From Chloroflexota bacterium (GTDB taxonomy: Bacteria; Chloroflexota; Anaerolineae; J036; Brachytrichaceae), in assembly GCA_031392845.1 (NCBI GenBank), contig JANMVQ010000124.1, positions 1 through 35,014 on the forward strand: a stretch of DNA of 35,014 nt, in the 5' to 3' direction. Both the position numbers and the translations under genes were made by a program. Below are positions 16,121 to 24,305 of the stretch, piece after piece; within the stretch, counting starts at the first letter, position 1, and every line of letters begins with the position of its first letter. The notes below the pieces were generated by a model. That model ran no database searches. It was not told the origin of the DNA and was given only the letters and a program-made list of their open reading frames with translations.

Positions 16121-18739
16121 TCACTCCTGCCGCACCGCGCTGGAAATGGCGATTTTGCCTAGGCGCAGCATGGGGTATATCCCGGCCAGCAACGCCGAGA
16201 TGAGCGCTACCAGCATGGCTTGGGCAAAAGTTTGCCACTCTAGGTTCAGCCGAATTGTCCAGCCAAATGAGCGCAAATTGATGATGTAGACCAGAATCAC
16301 GGCCAGCAACCAGCCGGTGGGCATCGAGAATAGCCCGGCGGTGCCGCCCATCAACCCAGTTTCAAGCAAGGTCATGCGCCAGAGTTGGCGCAGGGTCATG
16401 CCGTTGGCGCGCAACATGCCCAGCTCGCGGGTGCGCTCGATCTGCAACGCCATCAGCGCGCTGAGCACGCCGATAAAGGCGACAACTGTGGCCAGTAAAT
16501 TCAACGCGCCGGTGATGGCAAAGGTGCGATCAAACACCTGCAGTGCAGCGCTGCGCAAATCCCCGTTGGCGTTGATCAATAGGTTTTTGCCGCTAAATTG
16601 CTTGCGCAGATCGGCGACGTTTACCGCGTTAGGCGTATTTAGATAGAGCGCAACCTGCGACACCTGTCGGTCGTTGAAATAGCGCTCATAGTTGTCGCGC
16701 CGCATCAAAATCAAGCCTTGGTCCGAGGCATAGTCGTAATAGACCGCCTGTACGGTGAAGGTGCGTTCGCCCTGATCTGTCCGGATCGTGATGCGATTAT
16801 TTTGTTGGGTGATATCGTGTCTATTGGCATACGGCTCGGACACCCACACCTCGTCTTGGCCGCGCATGGCTGCCCAAGCCCCATTTGGATCGCGCGTAGT
16901 CCATACAAAGGTCTTGGCCGGGCGCTCACGGTTGGAATCGATGGTGAGAAGGCGGGCGGTTGCGGAGTTAGTAAGGTTCGGAAGGTTCTGAACGTTAGGA
17001 ACCTTACCAACTTTCTCAACATTAGGAACTTCCCCGACTTCAACAGGCAACGAACGTAACAAGGTGACTTCGCTGACGTCGGGAAGGGCGCGGAATTGGG
17101 CGATGGTTTGTGGATCGATGGTGGCAACGTTGTCGTTGACGCCAGACCTAATTGGGGCGATATAGATATCGGCCAGCAACGAGGCCTCTAGCCAGTTTTC
17201 GACGGTGTTTCTAAAGCTGCCAATCATGCTTTGCAGGCCAATGATTACGCTGACCGCGATCATGAGCGAGGCAATCGCAATGCCGGTGCGCGAGATGGAA
17301 TTGACGACCGAGCGGGTGGACATACGCCCGATGACGCCGACGAAGCGATTCATGATCGGGGTGAGGGCATCCATCAAGTAGACAGTGCCCAATGGCGAAA
17401 TAATGGCCAGCCCAACGATGACACCAAAGATGCCACCCAGATTGACCACAAGTTGTTTGGTGAGCAGCAACATGCCTCCGCCAATCGCAAACATGACGAT
17501 GCCAACTAGCGCAATCTTGGGCAGAATTTTGCGCACGCGTTGCTCCACAGCGCTGCGTTTCAGAGCAGTAACCGGTGGGATGCTGGTCGCCTCATACGCG
17601 GGCGCCAGCGCCGCCAACAGCGCCGCGCCTACGCCCAGCACAAAGCCTTTGATCAGAGTGAATGGCGCAACTTCAATGTCTTGCACATTGACCACGTAAT
17701 ACAAATCGTTAATCGTCTGGGTGACCAAGCGCACCGAACCGCGCCCCAGCAATAGTCCCAGCCCAACTCCCAACACCCCGCCGATAGCGGCCAGAATCGC
17801 AGTCTCGGTCAAAATCAGTTGAAAGATTTCGCGTTGGGTCACGCCCAGACAGCGCAGCGTGCCGATCATGGGGCGGCGCTGCACCACCGAAAACATGATG
17901 GTGTTGTAGATTAGAAACATGCCCACAACCAGCGCCAACAGGCTCAGCGCGGTGAGATTTAGCTGAAACGCATCGGTCAGGCTTTCGACACTTTGGCTGC
18001 GCGCTTGGGGCTTGATGATTTGCGCACCCAGAGGCAACGTTTGTTGGATGCGTGCCAGCATGTCACGGCCTGCAGTGGTGCGCTCATCGGCGATCAGGTC
18101 GATATGGCTGAGCTGGCCGCGCATCTGGAAGAGCTGTTGCGCGGCAGCCACGTCCATGATGGCCAGACCGTCAAGCGCCCGACGGCTGTTGGCGTCGGCG
18201 GGTTGCAGGATGCCGATGATGCGCACGGTTTGGGTGCGCTCACCGACGCGTAGGGTGAATTTGCTACCGGGTTTGAGTTGGTAGCGCTCGGCAGTGGTTG
18301 CGCCAATCAAAACAGCGTCTGGCTGGGTCAAAAATTGGGTGAGATCGACGTTGCCGGCTGCTGCGACGTTGCCTTCGCCTAAATAGTTACGAAAAGGAAA
18401 GTCCGCGAAGACATCGATGCCCAAAATCTGTAACGGCTGCTGATCAAGTTCGAGTGCAGTGGCATACGCAGCAATGATTGGGGCAGCGTTTGTAATGCCT
18501 AGATCGACCTTGATTTGGCGATAAACCGTATCGCTGATCGTGGCGCCACTGCCGACGATTTGATGGGTGGCTCGCCCGGCCACTGTCTCGGTGCTTAGAT
18601 TAAACGCCCGCGCTGCGCTGACGTTGGCCAGATCGATGGCGATAACGACTGCCACGCCGAGCGCTACGCCAATGATGCACAAAATCGACTGCAAAGGACG
18701 CCGCAACAGATAGCGCAACCCCGTTTTTAACAGACTCAT
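16121..18739 (-). CDS. ABC transporter permease with duplicated FtsX-like 4-TM domains (MacB/YbbP-like)
   Basis: 872 aa. Two FtsX-type TM bundles are each preceded by a large extracytoplasmic domain. A low-complexity insert, EVGEVPNVEKVGKVPNVQNLPNLTNS, is encoded by the repeat at 16966-17046. Confidence 0.85.
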   Translation of the reverse strand: MSLLKTGLRYLLRRPLQSILCIIGVALGVAVVIAIDLANVSAARAFNLSTETVAGRATHQIVGSGATISDTVYRQIKVDLGITNAAPIIAAYATALELDQQPLQILGIDVFADFPFRNYLGEGNVAAAGNVDLTQFLTQPDAVLIGATTAERYQLKPGSKFTLRVGERTQTVRIIGILQPADANSRRALDGLAIMDVAAAQQLFQMRGQLSHIDLIADERTTAGRDMLARIQQTLPLGAQIIKPQARSQSVESLTDAFQLNLTALSLLALVVGMFLIYNTIMFSVVQRRPMIGTLRCLGVTQREIFQLILTETAILAAIGGVLGVGLGLLLGRGSVRLVTQTINDLYYVVNVQDIEVAPFTLIKGFVLGVGAALLAALAPAYEATSIPPVTALKRSAVEQRVRKILPKIALVGIVMFAIGGGMLLLTKQLVVNLGGIFGVIVGLAIISPLGTVYLMDALTPIMNRFVGVIGRMSTRSVVNSISRTGIAIASLMIAVSVIIGLQSMIGSFRNTVENWLEASLLADIYIAPIRSGVNDNVATIDPQTIAQFRALPDVSEVTLLRSLPVEVGEVPNVEKVGKVPNVQNLPNLTNSATARLLTIDSNRERPAKTFVWTTRDPNGAWAAMRGQDEVWVSEPYANRHDITQQNNRITIRTDQGERTFTVQAVYYDYASDQGLILMRRDNYERYFNDRQVSQVALYLNTPNAVNVADLRKQFSGKNLLINANGDLRSAALQVFDRTFAITGALNLLATVVAFIGVLSALMALQIERTRELGMLRANGMTLRQLWRMTLLETGLMGGTAGLFSMPTGWLLAVILVYIINLRSFGWTIRLNLEWQTFAQAMLVALISALLAGIYPMLRLGKIAISSAVRQE
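16966..17046. repeat. 9-bp-periodic palindromic repeat element inserted in-frame in the FtsX permease gene
   Basis: AAGGTTCGG AAGGTTCTG AACGTTAGG AACCTTACC AACTTTCTC AACATTAGG AACTTCCCC GACTTCAAC. It encodes ...VPNVEKVGKVPNVQNLPNLTNS... Confidence 0.7.
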
Positions 18740-18840
18740 ATGTAGTTGAGGTTAATGCGCATACATGAGCGCGGTGTGAATCGGTAACGATAACCTGCAA
18801 TTCCAAAATCAAATTTTATGTCTCACTCCAACCCATTTTA

Positions 18841-18935
18841 GACGCGGATTTTTCGGATTCACGCGGATAGAAAAGAAATCTTTAATCCGCGTTGATCCGT
18901 TTAATCCGCGTTCTGTTCTGTTCTGTTCTATGTTG
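18841..18935. repeat. Structured repeat element, copy 1: long imperfect hairpin built from four ACGCGGAT/ATCCGCGT motifs plus a (TCTGT)4 pyrimidine tail
   Basis: Left arm GACGCGGATTTTTCGGATTCACGCGGAT and right arm ATCCGCGTTGATCCGTTTAATCCGCGT are reverse complements with about 4 mismatches, separated by a 16-nt loop. TCTGTTCTGTTCTGTTCTATG follows. Confidence 0.7.
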
Positions 18936-18951
18936 TGTTGATATCAGAACG

Positions 18952-19830
18952 TCATTGCACGAGTAGCGCAAACTGGGCCAATGTCGTGTCGCCGTGGATG
19001 CGCACCCGATCCCAGGTGAACGCACCACTCAGGCGGTGGGTTTTGCCATAGGCAGTGGTGACTGCGCCGAGCATGTATTCAGACTTTAACACCCGAATTA
19101 CATCGTCGTCGTAGCGTCCGAACGGATAGCAGAAGAAGCGTGGGCGTTTGCCGGTGTAGGCCTCGATCGCCTCCAGTGGGCCGAGCGTTTCCCAGATCAG
19201 CTTGGGCAAATCGCGGTTGCGCAGGTCTATGTGAGTGCGTGAATGCGATTCGATGTTCATGCCTGCACGCGATATCTCCTGAATCTGGTCCCAATGCATG
19301 TAATCCGGATTTGCGCTGCTGGCGAAGTCAGTCACCACAAAAAATGTGCCTACCATGCCATATTTGCGCAACAATGGAAAGGCGTGCTCATAAGCGTCGC
19401 GGTGGCCATCATCAAAGGTCAGAATAATGGACTTGGGTGGCAAAGGTGCACCACTGCTCAGATTGGCGTGAAGGTCATACAAACTGATGGTCTTGTAGCC
19501 GTTATCTGAGAGATACTTCAACTGCGCCTCAAAATTTTCGGGTGAGACGGATAAATCACGCCGGATACGGTCAGCATTGGCTGGGGGTGTCGAGATATAG
19601 TGATACATCAGGATCGGCACTTGTGCGATTCGTAGCGGATCTGCCGTAGGCGTGAGGGGTACGGGTGTGGGTAGCGGACTGGCGGTGGGGGTGGGGCGAG
19701 CAGCTTGCGCTCGGCACGTCACCCCAGCGATCAAAACAATACTGCACAAACAAGTGATACGCACAAAACGTGCAAACTGGGTCACAATTTTGCGGAAATG
19801 GGGTTCGGAGTTGTATTCAGAAACGGGCAT
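18952..19830 (-). CDS. Polysaccharide deacetylase, CE4 / NodB-homology domain, secreted
   Basis: LTFDDGHRDAYE and ESHSRTHIDL are NodB motifs. The N-terminus is hydrophobic with a Pro/Thr-rich linker. The start is uncertain; an internal GTG is an alternative. Confidence 0.8.
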   Translation of the reverse strand: MPVSEYNSEPHFRKIVTQFARFVRITCLCSIVLIAGVTCRAQAARPTPTASPLPTPVPLTPTADPLRIAQVPILMYHYISTPPANADRIRRDLSVSPENFEAQLKYLSDNGYKTISLYDLHANLSSGAPLPPKSIILTFDDGHRDAYEHAFPLLRKYGMVGTFFVVTDFASSANPDYMHWDQIQEISRAGMNIESHSRTHIDLRNRDLPKLIWETLGPLEAIEAYTGKRPRFFCYPFGRYDDDVIRVLKSEYMLGAVTTAYGKTHRLSGAFTWDRVRIHGDTTLAQFALLVQ

Positions 19831-19841
19831 ATAAGCGACAT

Positions 19842-19847
19842 TATAAT
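19842..19847 (+). promoter_or_regulatory. TATAAT -10-like hexamer in the 45-bp divergent region between the deacetylase and TPR-lipoprotein genes
   Basis: CATTATAATTTTTAGTATG. The sequence is also palindromic-like (TTATAA), so it could serve either strand. Confidence 0.25.
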
Positions 19848-19875
19848 TTTTAGTATGTTTAGGATCGCAGTGCGT

Positions 19876-20583
19876 ATGGTTTCCTTCGCCATCACAGTTC
19901 TCAGTTTGTATCTGTCGGCTTGCACCGTGCGCATTCCCTTGAGCCGTGGTCCAGCGTCGGCTACCCCCACGCCAGAGGGTCTTAGCGACCCTAAGGTGAC
20001 ACCAACCTCGTCTTTCTCATCGGCTGGTGAAGCATATAACCGTGGGCAGGCGCTGGTGCAAAAGGGTGACTACAAAGCTGCGGCACAAGCTTTTTCGGAG
20101 GCATTGAAGCTGGATCCAAACTACGTAAAGGCATATCTTGATCGGGGCACAACTTATCGTAAACTGGGTAACTTCGAAGATGCAGTGGTGGACCTGAACC
20201 GGGCAGCCCAACTAGAACCGACGGCGGCGCTCGCTTATCGTGAACGGGCTTATGTAAACTTGGAACGTGGCAACCCCACCCCGGCGTTGCTAGATGCTGG
20301 TCGTGCCATTGACCTGAATTCCAGCGATGCTGAAAGCTATTATGTGCGTGGGCAAGTATTGACAGCCATGAGTCAGTTTGATAGCGCCATGCTGGACTAT
20401 TCAAAAGCAATTTTGATGAGATCGGATTATGCTGAGGCCTACTATGGGCGTGCGGTAGCTTTCCGCGCGCGGGGACAAACGGCCAGTGCAGTTGCCGATT
20501 TCAGAACGGTGTTGATGCTATCGGTTGACGCTGGGCTAAAAACAAAAGTAGAAAAGCAACTTAAAGAATTGGGAGCATTGTGA
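19876..20583 (+). CDS. TPR-repeat lipoprotein
   Basis: Lipobox MVSFAITVLSLYLSAC. At least six TPR units are present (AYNRGQALVQKGDYKAAAQAF...). The start was moved from ORF-track 19705, which would overlap the divergent deacetylase gene. ATG 19855 is an alternative. Confidence 0.7.
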   Translation: MVSFAITVLSLYLSACTVRIPLSRGPASATPTPEGLSDPKVTPTSSFSSAGEAYNRGQALVQKGDYKAAAQAFSEALKLDPNYVKAYLDRGTTYRKLGNFEDAVVDLNRAAQLEPTAALAYRERAYVNLERGNPTPALLDAGRAIDLNSSDAESYYVRGQVLTAMSQFDSAMLDYSKAILMRSDYAEAYYGRAVAFRARGQTASAVADFRTVLMLSVDAGLKTKVEKQLKELGAL

Positions 20584-21947
20584 CAAAAACCAAAATCGTT
20601 GAAATCAGCCGATCCCGTTTATCAAAATTACTGAACCAAGAAGAGCAGCGTTTTGTGACGCGCCATCCTCGTTCGCGCGAGCTGGCCGAACAAGCCAAGC
20701 AACACTTGTTGGCAGGTGTGCCCATGATTTGGATGACCCGCTGGGCTGGTGGCTTCCCGGTGTTTGTGCAGACAGGTGAGGGAGCTCATTTTGTAGATGT
20801 AGATGGCAATCGCTACATTGACTTTTGTCTGGGCGACACCGGCGCGATGACCGGCCATTCGCCACCGGCAGTGACCGCTGCTGTTACCGAGCAATTGCGC
20901 CGAGGGGTGACGTATATGCTGCCCACGCAAGATGCGATCTGGGTAGGCGCTGAGCTAAGCAAGCGTTTTGGCCTGCCCTTTTGGCAGTTTGCCCTTACCG
21001 CGACGGATGCCAATCGCTTCGCCCTGCGCATCGCCCGTGAAATTACTGAGCGTAACCGGGTGTTGGTGTTTAACTATTGTTATCATGGTTCGGTCGATGA
21101 GGCCTTGATTTCGATTTCGCGTGGCAAAGCAATCCCGCGGCGTGGCAATATCGGTTATGCCATTCAACCTGGGCTGACGACCAAAGTAATCGAGTTTAAT
21201 GACCTACGCGCGCTGGAAATGGCTCTGGCAGCAAAAGATATTGCCTGTGTGTTGGCTGAACCCGCCATGACCAACATTGGCATTATTCCACCCCTGCAGG
21301 GCTACCACGAGCGGCTGCGCGCGCTGACCCGCGAACATGGGACTCTGCTTATCATTGATGAGACGCATACGATCTCGTGTGGCCCAGGCGGTTACACCGC
21401 TGCATATGGTTTGCAGCCGGACATGCTCACGATCGGCAAACCTATCGGCGGTGGCATCCCCACCGCAGCGTATGGCATGACCGAAGATGTGGCCAAACGC
21501 ATCGCCAACGTGACCGATATAGACAATGCGGATGTGGGTGGCATCGGTGGCACGCTGGCAGCCAATGCCTTGTCGATGACAGCCATGCGGGCCACACTGG
21601 AACATGTGCTGACAGCGCAGAACTATGAGCACATGATCAAGTTGGCGGATCGGTTTGTGGCCGGTGTGCAGGCTGTGCTGGATGAATTCTCGATGCCATG
21701 GACGATAAAACAGCTGGGCTGCCGGGTTGAATATTGGTATCGCCCAGACCCGCCCCGCAATGGTGGCGAAGCGGCTTTGGCAATGGATCACGACTTGGAT
21801 CGCTTTTTGCATTTGTATGCGCTTAACCGTGGCATTCTGATGACACCCTTTCACAACATGGCACTCATGTCGCCCGCCACCAGCGAGGCCGATGTGGATG
21901 CACATACGCAGGTTTTTCGTGAGGCTCTAGGGGTGTTGGTGAAGTAG
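20580..21947 (+). CDS. Class-III PLP-dependent aminotransferase, glutamate-1-semialdehyde 2,1-aminomutase-like
   Basis: VDGNRYIDF, LLIIDETHTI and TIGKPIGGG (with the PLP lysine) are arranged as in the HemL/GSA-AT family. The GTG start overlaps the TGA of the TPR gene. Confidence 0.8.
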   Translation: MTKTKIVEISRSRLSKLLNQEEQRFVTRHPRSRELAEQAKQHLLAGVPMIWMTRWAGGFPVFVQTGEGAHFVDVDGNRYIDFCLGDTGAMTGHSPPAVTAAVTEQLRRGVTYMLPTQDAIWVGAELSKRFGLPFWQFALTATDANRFALRIAREITERNRVLVFNYCYHGSVDEALISISRGKAIPRRGNIGYAIQPGLTTKVIEFNDLRALEMALAAKDIACVLAEPAMTNIGIIPPLQGYHERLRALTREHGTLLIIDETHTISCGPGGYTAAYGLQPDMLTIGKPIGGGIPTAAYGMTEDVAKRIANVTDIDNADVGGIGGTLAANALSMTAMRATLEHVLTAQNYEHMIKLADRFVAGVQAVLDEFSMPWTIKQLGCRVEYWYRPDPPRNGGEAALAMDHDLDRFLHLYALNRGILMTPFHNMALMSPATSEADVDAHTQVFREALGVLVK

Positions 21948-21961
21948 AAACTAAAAACGTT

Positions 21962-22642
21962 ATGAAGAAGCTCACGCATTTGGTTGCCATTGCTTTGTCA
22001 GTGGCCTTGATTGCTGGATGTTCGTCGCCCACCGGGACTGGGAGTGGCTCGACTGCCGTAACAACCACGACGTTGCCGTTTACCGACGACTTTAGCAATG
22101 ACAAAAGCGGCTGGGAGACGCTGGGTAGTGCCGACCCGGTTGCCAGCATGGCCTATGAAAACGGGCAACTCCGTATCTTGGTCAAACAAGCCAACGTCAC
22201 CCAGTGGAGCCTCGCTCGCAAAAACCTAACTGATGCGGCGATTGAGGTTGACGCGACTACCAATCCAGAGGGTCCCGCCGACAATGGTTATGGCGTAATC
22301 TTTCGCCTTAAAGACCGCAAGAATTTTTATCACTTCGAAATCTCGTCGGATGGGTATTGGCGGGCAGGGATTGTCAAAGACGATAAATGGGAGAACTGGG
22401 GTGATTGGCAGCAACATCCAGCCATCAAACCAGGTATCGGTGTCACCAATCGAATTAGGGTCGAGTTATTGGGCGATAAATTCACATTTAGTGTGAACGG
22501 CAGCAAGGTCAGCGACAAGCAAGATGCTACCTTTAGCGAAGGCGATTTTGGCGTATTTGCCCAATCGCAGTTCAATGTGCCGGGTGTCGATATCTCTTTT
22601 GATAACGTGAATGTGACCGAGGCAAAGGAGACGGCGAAATAG
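21962..22642 (+). CDS. Lipoprotein of unknown function (beta-sandwich-like)
   Basis: Lipobox LIAGC, followed by a Thr/Gly/Ser-rich linker. No confident family assignment was possible. Confidence 0.6.
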   Translation: MKKLTHLVAIALSVALIAGCSSPTGTGSGSTAVTTTTLPFTDDFSNDKSGWETLGSADPVASMAYENGQLRILVKQANVTQWSLARKNLTDAAIEVDATTNPEGPADNGYGVIFRLKDRKNFYHFEISSDGYWRAGIVKDDKWENWGDWQQHPAIKPGIGVTNRIRVELLGDKFTFSVNGSKVSDKQDATFSEGDFGVFAQSQFNVPGVDISFDNVNVTEAKETAK

Positions 22643-22657
22643 CGCTGGCAGATGAAA

Positions 22658-22676
22658 GTCATGACTCACGAGTCAT
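22658..22676. repeat. Second copy of the TCATGACTCACGAGTCAT palindrome (18 of 20 positions) with a GACTCAAGACT motif about 90 nt downstream
   Basis: GTCATGACTCACGAGTCAT lies 16 nt after the lipoprotein stop, between convergent genes. TGACTCAAGACTTA is at 22751-22764. Confidence 0.75.
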
Positions 22677-22797
22677 AAATCATAAGTCCGGCGAACGATA
22701 CGTTAAGACGAAATGAACAAGTGTATTGAACGTATCTCTTTCCGGACTTTTGACTCAAGACTTATGGCAATGAATCGTGACTAATGACTCTTGATCC

Positions 22798-24195
22798 TCA
22801 TTTCCCCAGCGCCTGGACCGCTGCCGCCAGCACCGGATCATTGTCGACCGAATACTCATCCCAGTGCTTATCGATAGGTATATCCGGAGTCAGCCCGCGC
22901 CGCTCCCATGACGAGCCATCGGGTAAAACAAAGCGCTTTTCCGCTAACCATAACTCAGCGCCGCCGTTGAAATCATGCGGGTACAACAGCTCGATATTTC
23001 CGGCGCTGGGCAAGCCGACGAGCTTGGCGCGCTTTTGATCCTGCAAGATTCCTGCAAATATCTCGCCAAATGATTCGGTCTGTGGTCCCATTAACACCAT
23101 GAGCGGCACTGATTGCGAGTTGCCTACAGCTGCGTTTTCGACTTGAAAAGTGTCGAACTCATCGACCCCAGTCCGGTCAGCAAAGCCGCCCACAACACCG
23201 TTTGTAAACATGGCCATAATATCCTTGACCGTGAGGTAACTGCCGCCACCATTCACACGCATATCAATCACCAAGCCATCCAGGTTGCCAGATTTCATGA
23301 GATCGGCTAGCGCCTTTTGCACACGATGATGAATATCACGTTCATACAAATTCGGGATAAGGAGATAGGCGATGCGCTTGTCCGCGCTAGCCGATAGCAT
23401 GCGTGCTTGCACTTCTTCTTTGGCATTCACTACAGCGCGAGTGATGGTGACGTCGCGAGCGTCCTGGCCTGGTGTGCGGACGCTCAGGGTGACGTCCGTG
23501 CCGGCTTTGCCCACAATCCGATTATCACTACGCTGCCCTTCAATAATGGACGGGGTGCCGTCGATGGCCAGAATGTGGTCGTGCGGTTTGAGGCCAGCCG
23601 CTTGGGCTGGGCTATCCGGCAATACTTGCTCCAGATACAAATAACCCTTCGCAATATTGGCACTGACGATGATGCCAACCCCAGCGTAGTTGTAGCGTCC
23701 GGCAGCTTGCTGGTTTTGCTTCTGCGTATCTTGGGGCGAAAGGAAATAGGAATGTTGGTCGCCTAAGCGTTCCACTAGATTCGCAGTGGCGCTATGGAAG
23801 GCTTCATCACTCATGCCCATCTTAATTTGCGCGAGCAAGTGTTGGCGCTCTGCTTCCCAATCCAGCCCGTTCAGGTTGGGGTCAATGTAAGACTCCTTAA
23901 CGGTCGCCCACACCTCCTCAAACAAATCGGCCTGCTTTTCGCGCATCAGGCTTCGGATGTTGGCGTCGCTGGTGGGCACAGGCAGCAGTGTGGCCGTGGG
24001 GATTGGCTCAGCGGTGGACAGTTTTTGCGGGGTGACAGTGCGGGTTTGCTGGGCAGAGGTGGGGCGCGGAGTGGCACGTTCGTTGCGTGCCTGTAACCGC
24101 GGCAGGTTGCCGCATCCACTCAAAATCAGACTCAAGCTACTAATAGCGCCAATAAAAAAATGAATTGCGGAAATATCGCGGTTGTGTTTGGACAT
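22798..24195 (-). CDS. S41-family C-terminal processing peptidase (Ctp/tail-specific protease-like) lipoprotein
   Basis: PDZ segment GVGIIVSANIAKGYLYLEQVLPDSPAQAAGLKPHDHILAIDG, the S41 core IDMRVNGGGS, and lipobox LILSGC. The ORF-track start at 24216 is TTG; the ATG at 24195 (MSKHN) is preferred. Confidence 0.85.
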   Translation of the reverse strand: MSKHNRDISAIHFFIGAISSLSLILSGCGNLPRLQARNERATPRPTSAQQTRTVTPQKLSTAEPIPTATLLPVPTSDANIRSLMREKQADLFEEVWATVKESYIDPNLNGLDWEAERQHLLAQIKMGMSDEAFHSATANLVERLGDQHSYFLSPQDTQKQNQQAAGRYNYAGVGIIVSANIAKGYLYLEQVLPDSPAQAAGLKPHDHILAIDGTPSIIEGQRSDNRIVGKAGTDVTLSVRTPGQDARDVTITRAVVNAKEEVQARMLSASADKRIAYLLIPNLYERDIHHRVQKALADLMKSGNLDGLVIDMRVNGGGSYLTVKDIMAMFTNGVVGGFADRTGVDEFDTFQVENAAVGNSQSVPLMVLMGPQTESFGEIFAGILQDQKRAKLVGLPSAGNIELLYPHDFNGGAELWLAEKRFVLPDGSSWERRGLTPDIPIDKHWDEYSVDNDPVLAAAVQALGK

Positions 24196-24305
24196 GCGGA
24201 CGGTGATTATCTTCAAAATAGGCTAAAGACACAAAGTGAACTTTGGTACAGCGTTACAATGACGCTTCTCCAAAAACTAGATGGAATTAGTGTAATTTTC
24301 TGATT

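Noticed and set aside
15646-16289. ORFs 15646..16026 and 15834..16289 on the + strand
   Set aside because: They are alternative frames overlapping the Rieske gene and the permease 3' end, with no motifs.
16711-17127. 138-aa ORF on the minus strand containing FRTFRT
   Set aside because: It is the third-frame reading of the 9-bp repeat inside the permease gene. This shows the repeat's frame dependence and is not a real gene.
19705-19875. 5' extension of the TPR protein ORF (start 19705)
   Set aside because: It would overlap the divergently transcribed deacetylase gene by 126 nt. The internal start at 19876 gives a clean lipoprotein signal peptide.
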